Origin: an uncultured Candidatus Poseidoniales archaeon
Lineage (GTDB): Archaea > Thermoplasmatota > Poseidoniia > Poseidoniales > Thalassarchaeaceae
Assembly (NCBI GenBank): GCA_902593945.1
Contig: CACJKA010000006.1
Location: 3,471 to 67,470 of the forward strand
DNA: 64,000 nucleotides
Reading direction: 5' to 3'
The notes below the pieces were generated by a model. The model was not told the DNA's origin and did not search any database. It saw only the letters and a program-made list of their open reading frames with translations. Positions 27,975 to 40,746 of the stretch are shown one piece after another. A program made the translations under genes and the position numbers. Positions within the stretch are counted from its first letter, which is position 1. Each line of letters opens with the position of its first letter.

Positions 27975-28859
27975 ATGTCGGAATCAGAGGATTGGGATTT
28001 ACCCGACCTCGACGCTTTAATGCGAGGCGAGAAAAAACACGAATGGTTATCTGAACCTCGATTCGAGAAAATGTTCTCCGAAATTGAAGATGGACTTCAA
28101 GGAGTTCTAGGTAAGGGAACTTATGATTGGGTTGATCGAAGAGTATTCGATGCTGTTTTTGATAAATCTACATTAATGTCATTACATAAGTTAATGCAAA
28201 AAGGTGAGATTGAGACACTTGATTATCCAATTGCAAGAGGTAAGGAGGCCCATGTTTTTCATGCAACATCTAATCATGGACCTGTAGCGGTTAAAATATT
28301 TCATACAACAAATGCGGTTTTCAAAGGACTAGCGAAATATATTGATGGAGATCCAAGATTTGGAGGTTTATCGCGTAGGCATAGAGAGTTAGTGAATATC
28401 TGGGTACGTAAAGAATTTAGAAATCTAAAAAGAATGAGGAAATATGGATTAAGAGTCCCAAAACCTCTTTCTAATCTGAAAAATGTTCTTATTATGGAAT
28501 ATTTAGGTGAAGGTGAAGGCGTCAGTCCAAGATTAAAAGATGTAGTTATTGATGAGCCATATGAGGTATTCGAAGATTTACTAGATTTCCTTGCTATTAA
28601 TTGGCAAACAGCGGATCTTGTTCATGCAGACTTTTCAGAGTATAATATCCTATGGAAAGATGGAGAACCATGGGTAATTGATGTTGGACAAAGTGTAACA
28701 AAGCAACATCCTCACTCAGAAGAGTTTCTTGTTAGAGATGTAACGAGATTAGTTCAGTGGATAAATCGCCAAGGATATAATGTAGATATCGGTGAAAGTT
28801 TACTCCGAGTATTAGAAGATCCGGTACCCACATTACCTCCTTTATCCGATGGAAACTGA
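27975..28859 (+). CDS. rio1: RIO1-type serine/threonine kinase
   Basis: GKEAHVF, AVKIF, LVHADFSEYNIL, IDVGQ. ATG 27975 follows GGGTGA. Confidence 0.95.
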   Translation: MSESEDWDLPDLDALMRGEKKHEWLSEPRFEKMFSEIEDGLQGVLGKGTYDWVDRRVFDAVFDKSTLMSLHKLMQKGEIETLDYPIARGKEAHVFHATSNHGPVAVKIFHTTNAVFKGLAKYIDGDPRFGGLSRRHRELVNIWVRKEFRNLKRMRKYGLRVPKPLSNLKNVLIMEYLGEGEGVSPRLKDVVIDEPYEVFEDLLDFLAINWQTADLVHADFSEYNILWKDGEPWVIDVGQSVTKQHPHSEEFLVRDVTRLVQWINRQGYNVDIGESLLRVLEDPVPTLPPLSDGN

Positions 28860-28898
28860 AACAGGAAGTTAAAACATAACAACCACTCCCCTAAACAT

Positions 28899-29630
28899 AT
28901 GGAGCATTTAGCACGGATTCCTAAAAATCGTATTGCAGTGCTTATTGGTAAAAGTGGTTCTACAAGGAAAATGATTGAGAAAGCATGTGGGGCATCATTG
29001 CATATTGAGTCAAAATCAGGTGATGTTAGCGTTAACTGGCCGGATGAAGGGTCTGATCCTGTAATAAAAATGAAACTCCCTGATGTAATATTTGCTATTG
29101 GAAGAGGGCTAGCACCCAAAAGAGCAATCCAACTTTTAGAAGATGATGTATTTTTGAGAATGTATGACATCAGAGAGTGGGTAGGTAAGCAACCAAATCA
29201 AACTAGAAGAATGAGAAGTAGATTAATTGGCACTAATGGTAGAATTAGAAGTTTAATTGAAGAATTAACTGGGACAGAGATGGCAATTTATGGCTCAACA
29301 GTGTTGGTAATTGGAAATCAAGAATCTTTAGCATTAGCAACTCCTGCTATCGAAGGGATTCTCCAAGGTTCTGAACACGGCACAGTTCTTTTCGGCTTAG
29401 AACAAGATAGGAAACGTCAACGGATTCGTTCCTACAGTCTTGAAACCTATGAAGAAAAGGTTGTTGAAGATAATTCGACGTTCGAAGCCTTAGTTCCTAG
29501 TTTGGCCGATGCACGTCGTCGAAGAGAAAGAAAGTTTACAAATTCACAAGTTGACCCTCTAGATGAAGACGCAATTTCAGAAATGATGGAGTTAGCTGAC
29601 GATGAAAAGATAGTATTTGAAGAAGAATAA
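28899..29630 (+). CDS. KH-domain ribosome biogenesis protein (Dim2/Pno1/Krr1-like)
   Basis: RIAVLIGKSG, AIGRG, RLIGTNG; conserved synteny with aIF-1A and Rio1. Confidence 0.92.
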   Translation: MEHLARIPKNRIAVLIGKSGSTRKMIEKACGASLHIESKSGDVSVNWPDEGSDPVIKMKLPDVIFAIGRGLAPKRAIQLLEDDVFLRMYDIREWVGKQPNQTRRMRSRLIGTNGRIRSLIEELTGTEMAIYGSTVLVIGNQESLALATPAIEGILQGSEHGTVLFGLEQDRKRQRIRSYSLETYEEKVVEDNSTFEALVPSLADARRRRERKFTNSQVDPLDEDAISEMMELADDEKIVFEEE

Positions 29631-29659
29631 TTTCCTAATCTTAAATGCGTTATACCTAA

Positions 29660-32636
<2,977 letters not shown>

Positions 32637-32637
<1 letters not shown>

Positions 32638-33506
32638 TGGTGAGTAAAATGAAAATGAGTGATTCCCTTCCAAAAAATAATCTATGTGAACTTGTTATTA
32701 ATGATGATATTGCCAGAATTAATCTAAACCGTAGTGATGTTTTTAATGCTCTTAATACTGAATTGATTAGTGAGTTAATATCTCTAATTAAATGGACATC
32801 CGATAGGAGCGTCTCGAGAAATTCATCCTTGAAAGATTCAGACGGTAATAAATTTCTCCGAGTAATAATTTTTACAGGTGAAGGTAAGCATTTCTGCGCC
32901 GGAGCCGATATCAATATGATGAGAGATGCTGGAGCGCGTTCTGTTGAAGAGAATCGTTTAGATTCTGAAAGATTGGATAGTTTATTTTACGGACTTTGGT
33001 CACACCCATGTTTCACTATAGGTTGTATACAAGGTGTAGCTTTGGGCGGGGGTGCAGGATTAGTCTCTTGTTTCGATTATGCAATTGCAGAACCAAGAAC
33101 AAGAATTGCCCTTTCAGAGGCTAAATTAGGCATATTACCTGCAGTTATTGGCCCCTATGTGTATCGTAAAATAGGCAGTTCTAACTTCCGCAGATTATCC
33201 ATGATGGCTAGTAAAATAGATTCTGATGAAGCCATGAGAATAGGTTTAATTGATTATGTCACAGAATCTTCTGGAGATTTTGAGGACAAATCGAATATGA
33301 TCGCTCAAGAAGTTCTAACAACCGGTCCTATGGCAATTACAGAGGCTAAGAATTTGACACTGTTTTTCGATAGATGGAATGGTAATGATGAAGATCTTCG
33401 TGAATGGACCTTAGACAAAACCAGCCAAATGAGAGGTTCAGAAGAAGGACAAGAAGGGCTTTCTTCTTTCTTAGAGCGTCGTAAACCAAACTGGTCCTCT
33501 GAATAA
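32637..33506 (+). CDS. Enoyl-CoA hydratase/isomerase, likely methylglutaconyl-CoA hydratase (LiuC-like)
   Basis: FCAGADI, GVALGGGAGL, SEAKLGILPAVIGPY; located between the mcc subunits. Confidence 0.85.
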
Positions 33507-33519
33507 TGTGGTGTGAGAA

Positions 33520-35073
33520 ATGTTGCCTGATTGGATGATTAATGCTCCAACTCCATTCAATTCAGTCTTGGTAGCAAATCGTGGTGAAATTGCAGTTAGA
33601 ATACTAAAAGCAGCAAAAGAATCGGGCCTTAAAGGAATTGCTATTTACTCCGATCCCGATAAAAATTCATTACATGTTGAAATAGCCGATGACTCTGTTC
33701 ATTTACCTGGAAAAAGTCTCTCTGAAACTTATCTAAATATGGAATTAATAATATCTGCAGCAAAAGAATCGGGGGCTCAAGCCATACATCCAGGATATGG
33801 TTTCTTATCTGAAAGGGCTAATTTTGCTAAATTAGTGAAAGATTCTGGATTAATATGGATAGGGCCATCCTCAGAAGCAATAGAAACTATGGGAGATAAG
33901 ATATCTGCTCGCAGGAGAATGATTGAGTCTAATGTCCCTATTATTCCCGGTGAAGAGTTAGCAATTGAATCAGGATCAAATCCTCTTGGTGTTTTAGCAA
34001 CATCTGCAGCTAGAGTAGGCTATCCGTTATTGGTTAAGGCTAGTGCAGGTGGTGGAGGAAAGGGAATGAGAGCGGTTCACGAACCTAAGATGCTTAGGAC
34101 TGAATATGAAGCAGCAGCACGTGAAGCCTCAGCAGCCTTCGGAGATGGTACTGTTTACGTTGAGAGACTATTGACAGGTTCAAGGCATGTTGAAATTCAA
34201 GTACTTTGTGATCAATATGGTAATTCAATACATTTGAATGAAAGAGATTGTTCATTACAACGAAGACATCAGAAAGTAATCGAAGAAGCACCTTCTCCAG
34301 CAGTCACACCTGAAATTCGTAATAATATGGGTCAAGCTGCGATAAGGGCTGCCAAGGCTGTAAATTATGAAGGAGCTGGAACGGTCGAATTTCTTCTAAC
34401 TTCTAAAGGCGAGTTTTTCTTTCTTGAAATGAACACTCGATTACAGGTTGAACATCCAGTTACTGAATTAATTACTGGAATTGATTTAGTTCAGAAACAA
34501 TTTGAAGTTGCTGCGGGTATTCCATTGAATATATCTCAAGATGAAATAGGAATTACAGGGCATTCGATTGAAGCCAGAATCTATGCTGAAGATGTAAGTA
34601 AAGGGTTCCTTCCGGCTATTGGAAAGCTATCAATGTGGAGGCCACCAACAACTCCTGGTGTTAGAATGGATTCGGGATTTAGAGAAGGAGACGAAGTAAC
34701 TATTGATTTCGATCCAATGTTAGCCAAATTAATTGTCCACGCCCCAACAAGGGAGGCAGCATTGAGAAGACTGGATACTGCATTATCAGAGTTTGTTGTT
34801 TTAGGCGTCACTACTAATGTTGGATTTTTACGCGAGGTATCGAAAAGTGAAGCATTTTCAAATGGTCTTGTAACAACTGATTATCTTGATAACATATCTT
34901 TAGAAGAATTTAAGGAACCAGAAATTAGTGATTCAATCTTAATTTCGATTGCAGCAGGAGCAAGCCGTTTTGGATTAGATCGTAATTTATTGTCTGTCAA
35001 CTCAGAAATAATAGATGAGTATAGTGGGCATTCAGGTGATCCATTCAAAACATTGACGAGGTCTTACCCTTAG
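33520..35073 (+). CDS. Biotin carboxylase subunit (MccA/AccC-like)
   Basis: ANRGEIA, HPGYGFLSE, GGGGKGMR, RDCSLQRRHQK, FLEMNTRLQVEHPVTE. Confidence 0.95.
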   Translation: MLPDWMINAPTPFNSVLVANRGEIAVRILKAAKESGLKGIAIYSDPDKNSLHVEIADDSVHLPGKSLSETYLNMELIISAAKESGAQAIHPGYGFLSERANFAKLVKDSGLIWIGPSSEAIETMGDKISARRRMIESNVPIIPGEELAIESGSNPLGVLATSAARVGYPLLVKASAGGGGKGMRAVHEPKMLRTEYEAAAREASAAFGDGTVYVERLLTGSRHVEIQVLCDQYGNSIHLNERDCSLQRRHQKVIEEAPSPAVTPEIRNNMGQAAIRAAKAVNYEGAGTVEFLLTSKGEFFFLEMNTRLQVEHPVTELITGIDLVQKQFEVAAGIPLNISQDEIGITGHSIEARIYAEDVSKGFLPAIGKLSMWRPPTTPGVRMDSGFREGDEVTIDFDPMLAKLIVHAPTREAALRRLDTALSEFVVLGVTTNVGFLREVSKSEAFSNGLVTTDYLDNISLEEFKEPEISDSILISIAAGASRFGLDRNLLSVNSEIIDEYSGHSGDPFKTLTRSYP

Positions 35074-35081
35074 GTGATTTT

Positions 35082-35582
35082 ATGGAATGGAGTATAGATA
35101 ATTCTGGTCCTAGATACACAGTAAACTTCTCTGAAAAAGAGGGTTTACTTTCCCTTTCTAAATTGATTTCTAATGGTGACGAAATTAGTTTTCCTGAGAT
35201 TTCATTGAGTAAAGATCAGCAATCGGGGAGAATTCTTGTAGAATTAGACGGAGTTAGAAGTTTCGCTCATGTTTCTCGCTGTGACGATGAATGGTGGATT
35301 CATTTCCAAGGAAGAATTTATGTTACTAATATGCACGAACCCGGAAGTAAAGACTCTACATTATCAGAAGGCAGTCTAAGTGCTCCGATGCCCGGTACAA
35401 TTCTTGATGTAATGGTAAAGAAAGGCCAGAGAGTAAGAGAAGGCCAGACGTTATTGGTTATGGAAGCGATGAAGATGGAGCACCGTATTCAGGCACCAAG
35501 AGCCGGTGAAGTTACAGAAGTATACTTCCAGACAGGTGAAAGAGTAGATATGGGTGCAAATCTAGTTGAAATAAGCGATTAG
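35082..35582 (+). CDS. Biotin carboxyl carrier protein (BT + biotinyl domain)
   Basis: APMPG and EAMKMEH biotinylation motif. Confidence 0.93.
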   Translation: MEWSIDNSGPRYTVNFSEKEGLLSLSKLISNGDEISFPEISLSKDQQSGRILVELDGVRSFAHVSRCDDEWWIHFQGRIYVTNMHEPGSKDSTLSEGSLSAPMPGTILDVMVKKGQRVREGQTLLVMEAMKMEHRIQAPRAGEVTEVYFQTGERVDMGANLVEISD

Positions 35583-35656
35583 ACCAGTCTTATGCATTTA
35601 TTCTACAATTATCACGCAGGGAGTGGGTTAATTACATCCAAGGTCTTGGCATTATC

Positions 35657-36250
35657 ATGGGAGTAGAAACGACAATACTTGCTGCATTGATGGGTCTCAG
35701 CCTTGCATCTGCCTCAGGATTTAGAGTATTCTTGCCTCCATTTATCTTATCATTAGCAGTTAGGACAGATACTTTTGTTAATTTTGATTTATCAGGAACA
35801 GAGTTTGCTGCTTTTGATAGTAATGCAGCAGTTCTAATTCTTGGAATAGCATGCTTAGCAGAATTTGGAGCATATTATGTTCCTTGGTTAGACAATTTAC
35901 TAGATACAATCGCTACTCCTGCAGCTGTAGTTTCAGGTGTTGGTATGACTTCCATGGCTTTAGTAGGGAGCGACCCAATAATTCAATGGTCTTTTGCAAT
36001 AATTGCAGGAGGTGGCTCAGCAGGAATAATTCAAGTAACTACAGTGGCAATTCGTGGTTTGTCATCCACCTTAACTCTAGGTTTTGGCAATTCATTTGTT
36101 GCATCTGGTGAGAATATAGCAAGTATTGTTCTTACTTTTGCAGCTTTAATCGCACCTCTAATTGCAGCAATCTTCGCAGTTCTATTAGTTGTTTTATTGA
36201 TACGGCAATCAATTAAAGTTACAGCGGAGAAATCAACTCAAGGGGCTTAG
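35657..36250 (+). CDS. DUF4126 membrane protein
   Basis: GLSLASASGFRVFLP and YYVPWLDNLLDTIATP. Confidence 0.85.
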   Translation: MGVETTILAALMGLSLASASGFRVFLPPFILSLAVRTDTFVNFDLSGTEFAAFDSNAAVLILGIACLAEFGAYYVPWLDNLLDTIATPAAVVSGVGMTSMALVGSDPIIQWSFAIIAGGGSAGIIQVTTVAIRGLSSTLTLGFGNSFVASGENIASIVLTFAALIAPLIAAIFAVLLVVLLIRQSIKVTAEKSTQGA

Positions 36251-37513
36251 GAATTCTTGATCCCCCATATATGATCTCAAAGCTTCTGGTATCATTATTC
36301 GACCATCCTCTGTTTGATATTGTTCAAGAATTGCCACCAATGCTCTACTTGTGGCAACTGCAGTGGAATTTAGTGTATGAACAGCAGAGTTTCCTTCCGA
36401 TGTCCTGTATCTCATACGAAGTCTATTTGCCTGATAGTCAGTACAATTAGAACAAGAAACCACTTCTTTGTATTCTCCAACACCCGGTAGCCATGCTTCA
36501 AGGTCATATTTCTTTGAAGCGACAGTCCCCATGTCTCCAGTACAAATATTTACTACTCGGTAGTGTAAACCTAAACTATCCCATAATTCAGTTGCATTAT
36601 TCAATAAATCTTCATGATGAGACCATGAGTCTTCTGGTTTACAAATTATTATTTGTTCTATTTTAGTAAACTGATGTACTCTCCATATCCCTCTATCTGA
36701 GAGCCCATGCGCTCCAACTTCTCTACGGAAACATTGCGATACTCCGACAAGCTTTATTGGAAGCTCAGAAGGTTCGATAATTTCATCCATTCTCATAGCA
36801 GTTAATGGGTGTTCACTTGTGGCTATGAGATAGAATTTATCTGGCTCAATACCATACATTACAGTTTCAAAATCCCCAAGATCTGTAACTCCCTCGTAAG
36901 CTTCTTTATTCATCATTAAAGGCGGTTGAACGAGAGTATAATTTTTATTGATGAGAAAGTTTGTAGTGTAATTTTGTAGAGCCATTTCTAGTCTTGCTAA
37001 ATCTCCTTGCATGAAATAGAATCTACTTCCAGTAATTTTTGCGGCCCTAGCTAAATCAACCCAACCATTGTTTTCAATAATTTCATTGTGATTTTTTGCC
37101 TCGAAACTAAAATCAATTTTCTCACCATGTAGGCTGTGTAGAGTATTCTTTTGCTCGTCTTCCCCTACTGGAACACTTTCGTGAAGAATATTTGGGACTC
37201 TCATTCTTATTGAATCTCTATTTTCTAGAAAATCATCCGCCATTTTTGATAATTCTTCAATCTTATCTCCTATGCTAGATACTTCAATCATTATTTTATT
37301 CACAGCCTCAGTATCTCCTGTTTTTTTTGCTGCGGCTATACCTCTTGCCGCTTCATTTCTTGATTTACGAAGTTGATCGACTTCATACCTCGCTTGCTTC
37401 CATTCATTATCTAGTCTAATTACTTCATCAATGTTATCATGAGGAATTTTTCTTTTATCATGATCTTTTCGTAAAACCTCTGATTTTTCACGAAACATAC
37501 TCATGTCTAGCAT
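36233..37513 (-). CDS. serS: Serine--tRNA ligase
   Basis: LIATSEHPL, CFRREVG, RVHQFTKIEQ, EVVSCSNCTDYQ, HTLNST. Confidence 0.98.
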   Translation of the reverse strand: MLDMSMFREKSEVLRKDHDKRKIPHDNIDEVIRLDNEWKQARYEVDQLRKSRNEAARGIAAAKKTGDTEAVNKIMIEVSSIGDKIEELSKMADDFLENRDSIRMRVPNILHESVPVGEDEQKNTLHSLHGEKIDFSFEAKNHNEIIENNGWVDLARAAKITGSRFYFMQGDLARLEMALQNYTTNFLINKNYTLVQPPLMMNKEAYEGVTDLGDFETVMYGIEPDKFYLIATSEHPLTAMRMDEIIEPSELPIKLVGVSQCFRREVGAHGLSDRGIWRVHQFTKIEQIIICKPEDSWSHHEDLLNNATELWDSLGLHYRVVNICTGDMGTVASKKYDLEAWLPGVGEYKEVVSCSNCTDYQANRLRMRYRTSEGNSAVHTLNSTAVATSRALVAILEQYQTEDGRIMIPEALRSYMGDQEFLSPLS

Positions 37514-37567
37514 AACTATCAACTCTAGGAGTGACCAATCTTCTTTCAATGAATCGGGCTTTTAGGT

Positions 37568-38668
37568 TCAGAAGAGGCTAATTTGTTGAATTAAATCAGA
37601 TGGGCCATATACTATCAATCCAGTAATAAAATAACCCAAAATTGCTCCACCATTAAGCAAAGGTAACCCTGCTTGTGGCTTCCCTTTCGCTACTTGGGTC
37701 ATCAATCCTAAGTAACCCATTAATCCTCCTAATAAAGTCCCTATTCCAACCATCAAAGGATCTAAATGAAGCCATCCAAAGAATGAAGTTAGAGGTAAAG
37801 AACCTAAAACCGGACCAGTTTGTGGTAAGAAAGTGATGGTGGATATAATCAACATACCTGGGAAAATAACATCTCCGAGACCCATAAATAACGCATCTCT
37901 ACCCGTTTTCTCTACTTTTATGGCCCCAATTTTAGGGTCTTCCCAATCTTCTTGTGATGGTCTCTGAATTGTTTTTTCCATTACTCCTTCCTTCTCGTCT
38001 AAAAATGAATAACCTTTTTCTTTGGGAGCAACTAATAATATTGGTAACTTCAGATCTATCATTGTGTCTGCTAATTCTAACATATGTTTACTTCCATTAA
38101 CTGCCCAATGGTCATAAATTGCAGCGATAATCATGAAGATGATAATTAATGTAGGGACAAAACTAATTCCAATCATTGTGATAACTCCAGCCCCAACTAG
38201 TATTCCTACAAGATTTACGATATACCATTCAGGGTATCTCCATAGAGTTATCATGAGTAATAGATCCAACCACAATGCAATAAAAAATGCATTTTCTTGA
38301 GTACTCATAAAAATTTCCATTGCCAATGCGATATATGGATATGCTGTATATGTTAAGGAAAAATAAAGTGAGAACATAATAAATCCTTTAATGAAAAACT
38401 CAAGATTCTTTCTAGCAAGCCATATTATGACGAAAGTAAAAATTCCGATTAAAACCAATTCCAGTAGTATATAGCTTGTTTGTGTCGTGCCTTCTTCTCC
38501 AAATGCTCGAGCCTCAGAAAAATTCCAAACAGGTTGAATTGAAACTCCTAGAAATATAGTTGTTACAAACATTCCAGCCATGCTTGTCATTGATTTCCAC
38601 TGATCTTTTATGGCCTCTATCGTCTCGTTCACTTTCACTCCCCTGCCCCCACGAAGTTCAAAGACCAT
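37568..38668 (-). CDS. Presenilin/signal-peptide-peptidase family intramembrane aspartyl protease (PSH)
   Basis: AIYD and GLGD catalytic motifs; AGLPLLNGG; multiple TMs. Confidence 0.92.
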   Translation of the reverse strand: MVFELRGGRGVKVNETIEAIKDQWKSMTSMAGMFVTTIFLGVSIQPVWNFSEARAFGEEGTTQTSYILLELVLIGIFTFVIIWLARKNLEFFIKGFIMFSLYFSLTYTAYPYIALAMEIFMSTQENAFFIALWLDLLLMITLWRYPEWYIVNLVGILVGAGVITMIGISFVPTLIIIFMIIAAIYDHWAVNGSKHMLELADTMIDLKLPILLVAPKEKGYSFLDEKEGVMEKTIQRPSQEDWEDPKIGAIKVEKTGRDALFMGLGDVIFPGMLIISTITFLPQTGPVLGSLPLTSFFGWLHLDPLMVGIGTLLGGLMGYLGLMTQVAKGKPQAGLPLLNGGAILGYFITGLIVYGPSDLIQQISLF

Positions 38669-38703
38669 ATCACTTTGACTAATACAAGTGTGTAGTTGAA
38701 CTA

Positions 38704-39936
38704 GTGGGTGATTATCTTTTGAGCGTTAGAAAATGGCTAGAAAATACGAAAGATTCTGGTGTTAAATTAGGTCTTGAGAATTGTGAAGTCTTGTTGGAAA
38801 GATTGGGAAATCCTCATCTTGATTTCCCCTCAATTCATGTTGCCGGGACAAACGGTAAGGGTTCACTATGCGTTCAACTTTCTGCAGTTGCAAGAGAAAA
38901 TAATTTGAAAGTAGGATTATTTACTTCTCCTCATTTGATAACAATTGAAGAAAGAATTAGAATAAATGGGATTCCAATTTCTCCTCAAGATTTTGATATC
39001 TTTTTGAATAAGGTACGTGAAGCCTCATTAATTGCTCCAGTTTGTAAACCAACTTTTTTTGAAGTTACATTTTTGCTTGCCATGGTAGTTTTTAGTGAGA
39101 ATAAGATTGACAGAGCTATTATTGAGACTGGTTTGGGAGGTAGACTAGATTCTACCAGATTGGTTGATGCTGATCTTTGTGTGATAACCACCATCTCAAA
39201 GGATCATACTGAGTTTTTAGGAGAAACCTTGGAAAAAATTGCTTTCGAAAAAGCGGGTATTCATCGTCCAGGGGTGCCTCTACTCTTATTGAAAAATGAG
39301 AATTTATCTTCTTCTGTATTGACAGTAATTTCCGATAAAGTTGGTGAAGATCTTTGGTTATTTGAAGAAAATAAAGAATTGTCGAATTGGCAGAATTGGA
39401 ATATAATGGCAAGAAAAATTGCACAATTTTTCAAATGGGAAGAATCAGAAATTAATTGTAAATGGCCGGGGCGCTCCCCTGGATATGGTTCATCCTGGTT
39501 TGATTTCCCTCTGAAGATATGTGCTGCTCACAACAAAGAAGGCTTTGAGTCCGAACTTAATTCAATCAAAAAACCGAGTGTTTTTGTTATCGGAGTAACA
39601 GAAAAAGCAGATATCAACGATACATTAACTCCATTTCTACAAGAGAATCTTCATCAATCCATTTTTCATCATTTGATATTTACTGAACCTCTTTCTGGAA
39701 GAAATAATTCTGTAAGTGCAGAGCAATTAGAAAATATAATTTGTAGCCATAGAGAAACCTCTCGTGATATAATTAAGAATCCAGTTAACGCGATTGAAGA
39801 AGCATCAAAAATTTGTGAAATCGATAGTGTCGAGTTGGTCCTGATAGGTAGTGTTTATCTTGTTGGAGATATTCTAAATTATATTATTTCTAGAGATAAT
39901 CTGAATTTTTGGGAAGAACTCCGCGTTCACCGATAA
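38704..39936 (+). CDS. folC: Folylpolyglutamate synthase/dihydrofolate synthase
   Basis: IHVAGTNGKGS, FTSPHL, ETGLGGRLDST, IAFEKAGI, GSVYLVG. Confidence 0.9.
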   Translation: MGDYLLSVRKWLENTKDSGVKLGLENCEVLLERLGNPHLDFPSIHVAGTNGKGSLCVQLSAVARENNLKVGLFTSPHLITIEERIRINGIPISPQDFDIFLNKVREASLIAPVCKPTFFEVTFLLAMVVFSENKIDRAIIETGLGGRLDSTRLVDADLCVITTISKDHTEFLGETLEKIAFEKAGIHRPGVPLLLLKNENLSSSVLTVISDKVGEDLWLFEENKELSNWQNWNIMARKIAQFFKWEESEINCKWPGRSPGYGSSWFDFPLKICAAHNKEGFESELNSIKKPSVFVIGVTEKADINDTLTPFLQENLHQSIFHHLIFTEPLSGRNNSVSAEQLENIICSHRETSRDIIKNPVNAIEEASKICEIDSVELVLIGSVYLVGDILNYIISRDNLNFWEELRVHR

Positions 39937-39969
39937 TCAAAAAGGATGACCTATGTCGATGGCTCGTAG

Positions 39970-40278
39970 ATGACCAATAAGCCGGATGAGAAAAATGAAA
40001 TTAGAGTAGTCTTGGAACCACAAGACAGTACTTCGAAATATATCTTAGTAGCTCTTATTCTTGTTCTTTCTGGCTTGCTATTCGCTATTCTAGCGGGTGG
40101 CGGTGCAGAAAAATTACTATCATCAAATGATGATACTATCGGAAACTGTGGTGATGGTTTAGATAATGACAATGGAGGAAAAGCCGATAGAGATGATCCT
40201 GATTGTTATGCCAACCCTACTTCTTTAGATGGTTATGACCCTAATCGTACAGAGGCGAATAGGGATAATGACTTATGA
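39970..40278 (+). CDS. Small membrane-anchored protein with CxDGxDND...DPDC metal-binding motif
   Basis: One TM helix followed by CGDGLDNDNGGKADRDDPDC. Confidence 0.75.
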   Translation: MTNKPDEKNEIRVVLEPQDSTSKYILVALILVLSGLLFAILAGGGAEKLLSSNDDTIGNCGDGLDNDNGGKADRDDPDCYANPTSLDGYDPNRTEANRDNDL

Positions 40279-40300
40279 TAGATATTCAGGAGATATTCAT

Positions 40301-40738
40301 ATGAGCGACAAATGGGATAAAAGATTTCTAGAATTAGCGAAACATATCTCTGACTGGTCAAAAGACCCCTCTACCAAAGTAGGTTGTATTGTTGTAGGCG
40401 AAGATCGTGAAATTAGGTCTACAGGATTCAATGGTTTCCCTAGAGGTATAGAAGATAAAATCGAGAGATTAGAAGATCGCGAACAGAAGTATCCTATGAT
40501 TTGTCACGCTGAAGAGAATGCTATAATGCACGCTGCAAGAATTGGCATTTCATTGAAAGGTACTATGGCGTATGTAACTTGGCCGCCTTGTTCTAGATGT
40601 ACTAGGTCTCTTATTCAAGCAGGAGTAAGAGAGGTTATTTATCCTAAAGATCTAGAGATTCCAGAAAGATGGCAAAAAGATTTTGATATTGCATCCGGCA
40701 TGATGCATGAAGCTGGAATAATCGTTAGAACTGCATAA
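40301..40738 (+). CDS. dCMP deaminase family protein
   Basis: SKDPSTKVG, TGFNGFPRG, HAEENA, PCSRC zinc motifs. Confidence 0.92.
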   Translation: MSDKWDKRFLELAKHISDWSKDPSTKVGCIVVGEDREIRSTGFNGFPRGIEDKIERLEDREQKYPMICHAEENAIMHAARIGISLKGTMAYVTWPPCSRCTRSLIQAGVREVIYPKDLEIPERWQKDFDIASGMMHEAGIIVRTA

Positions 40739-40746
40739 TTCAGAGA

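Noticed and set aside
33520-35582. Broken mccA pseudogene
   Set aside because: The split falls at a domain boundary, the second gene has an AGGTGA SD, and all catalytic motifs are intact.
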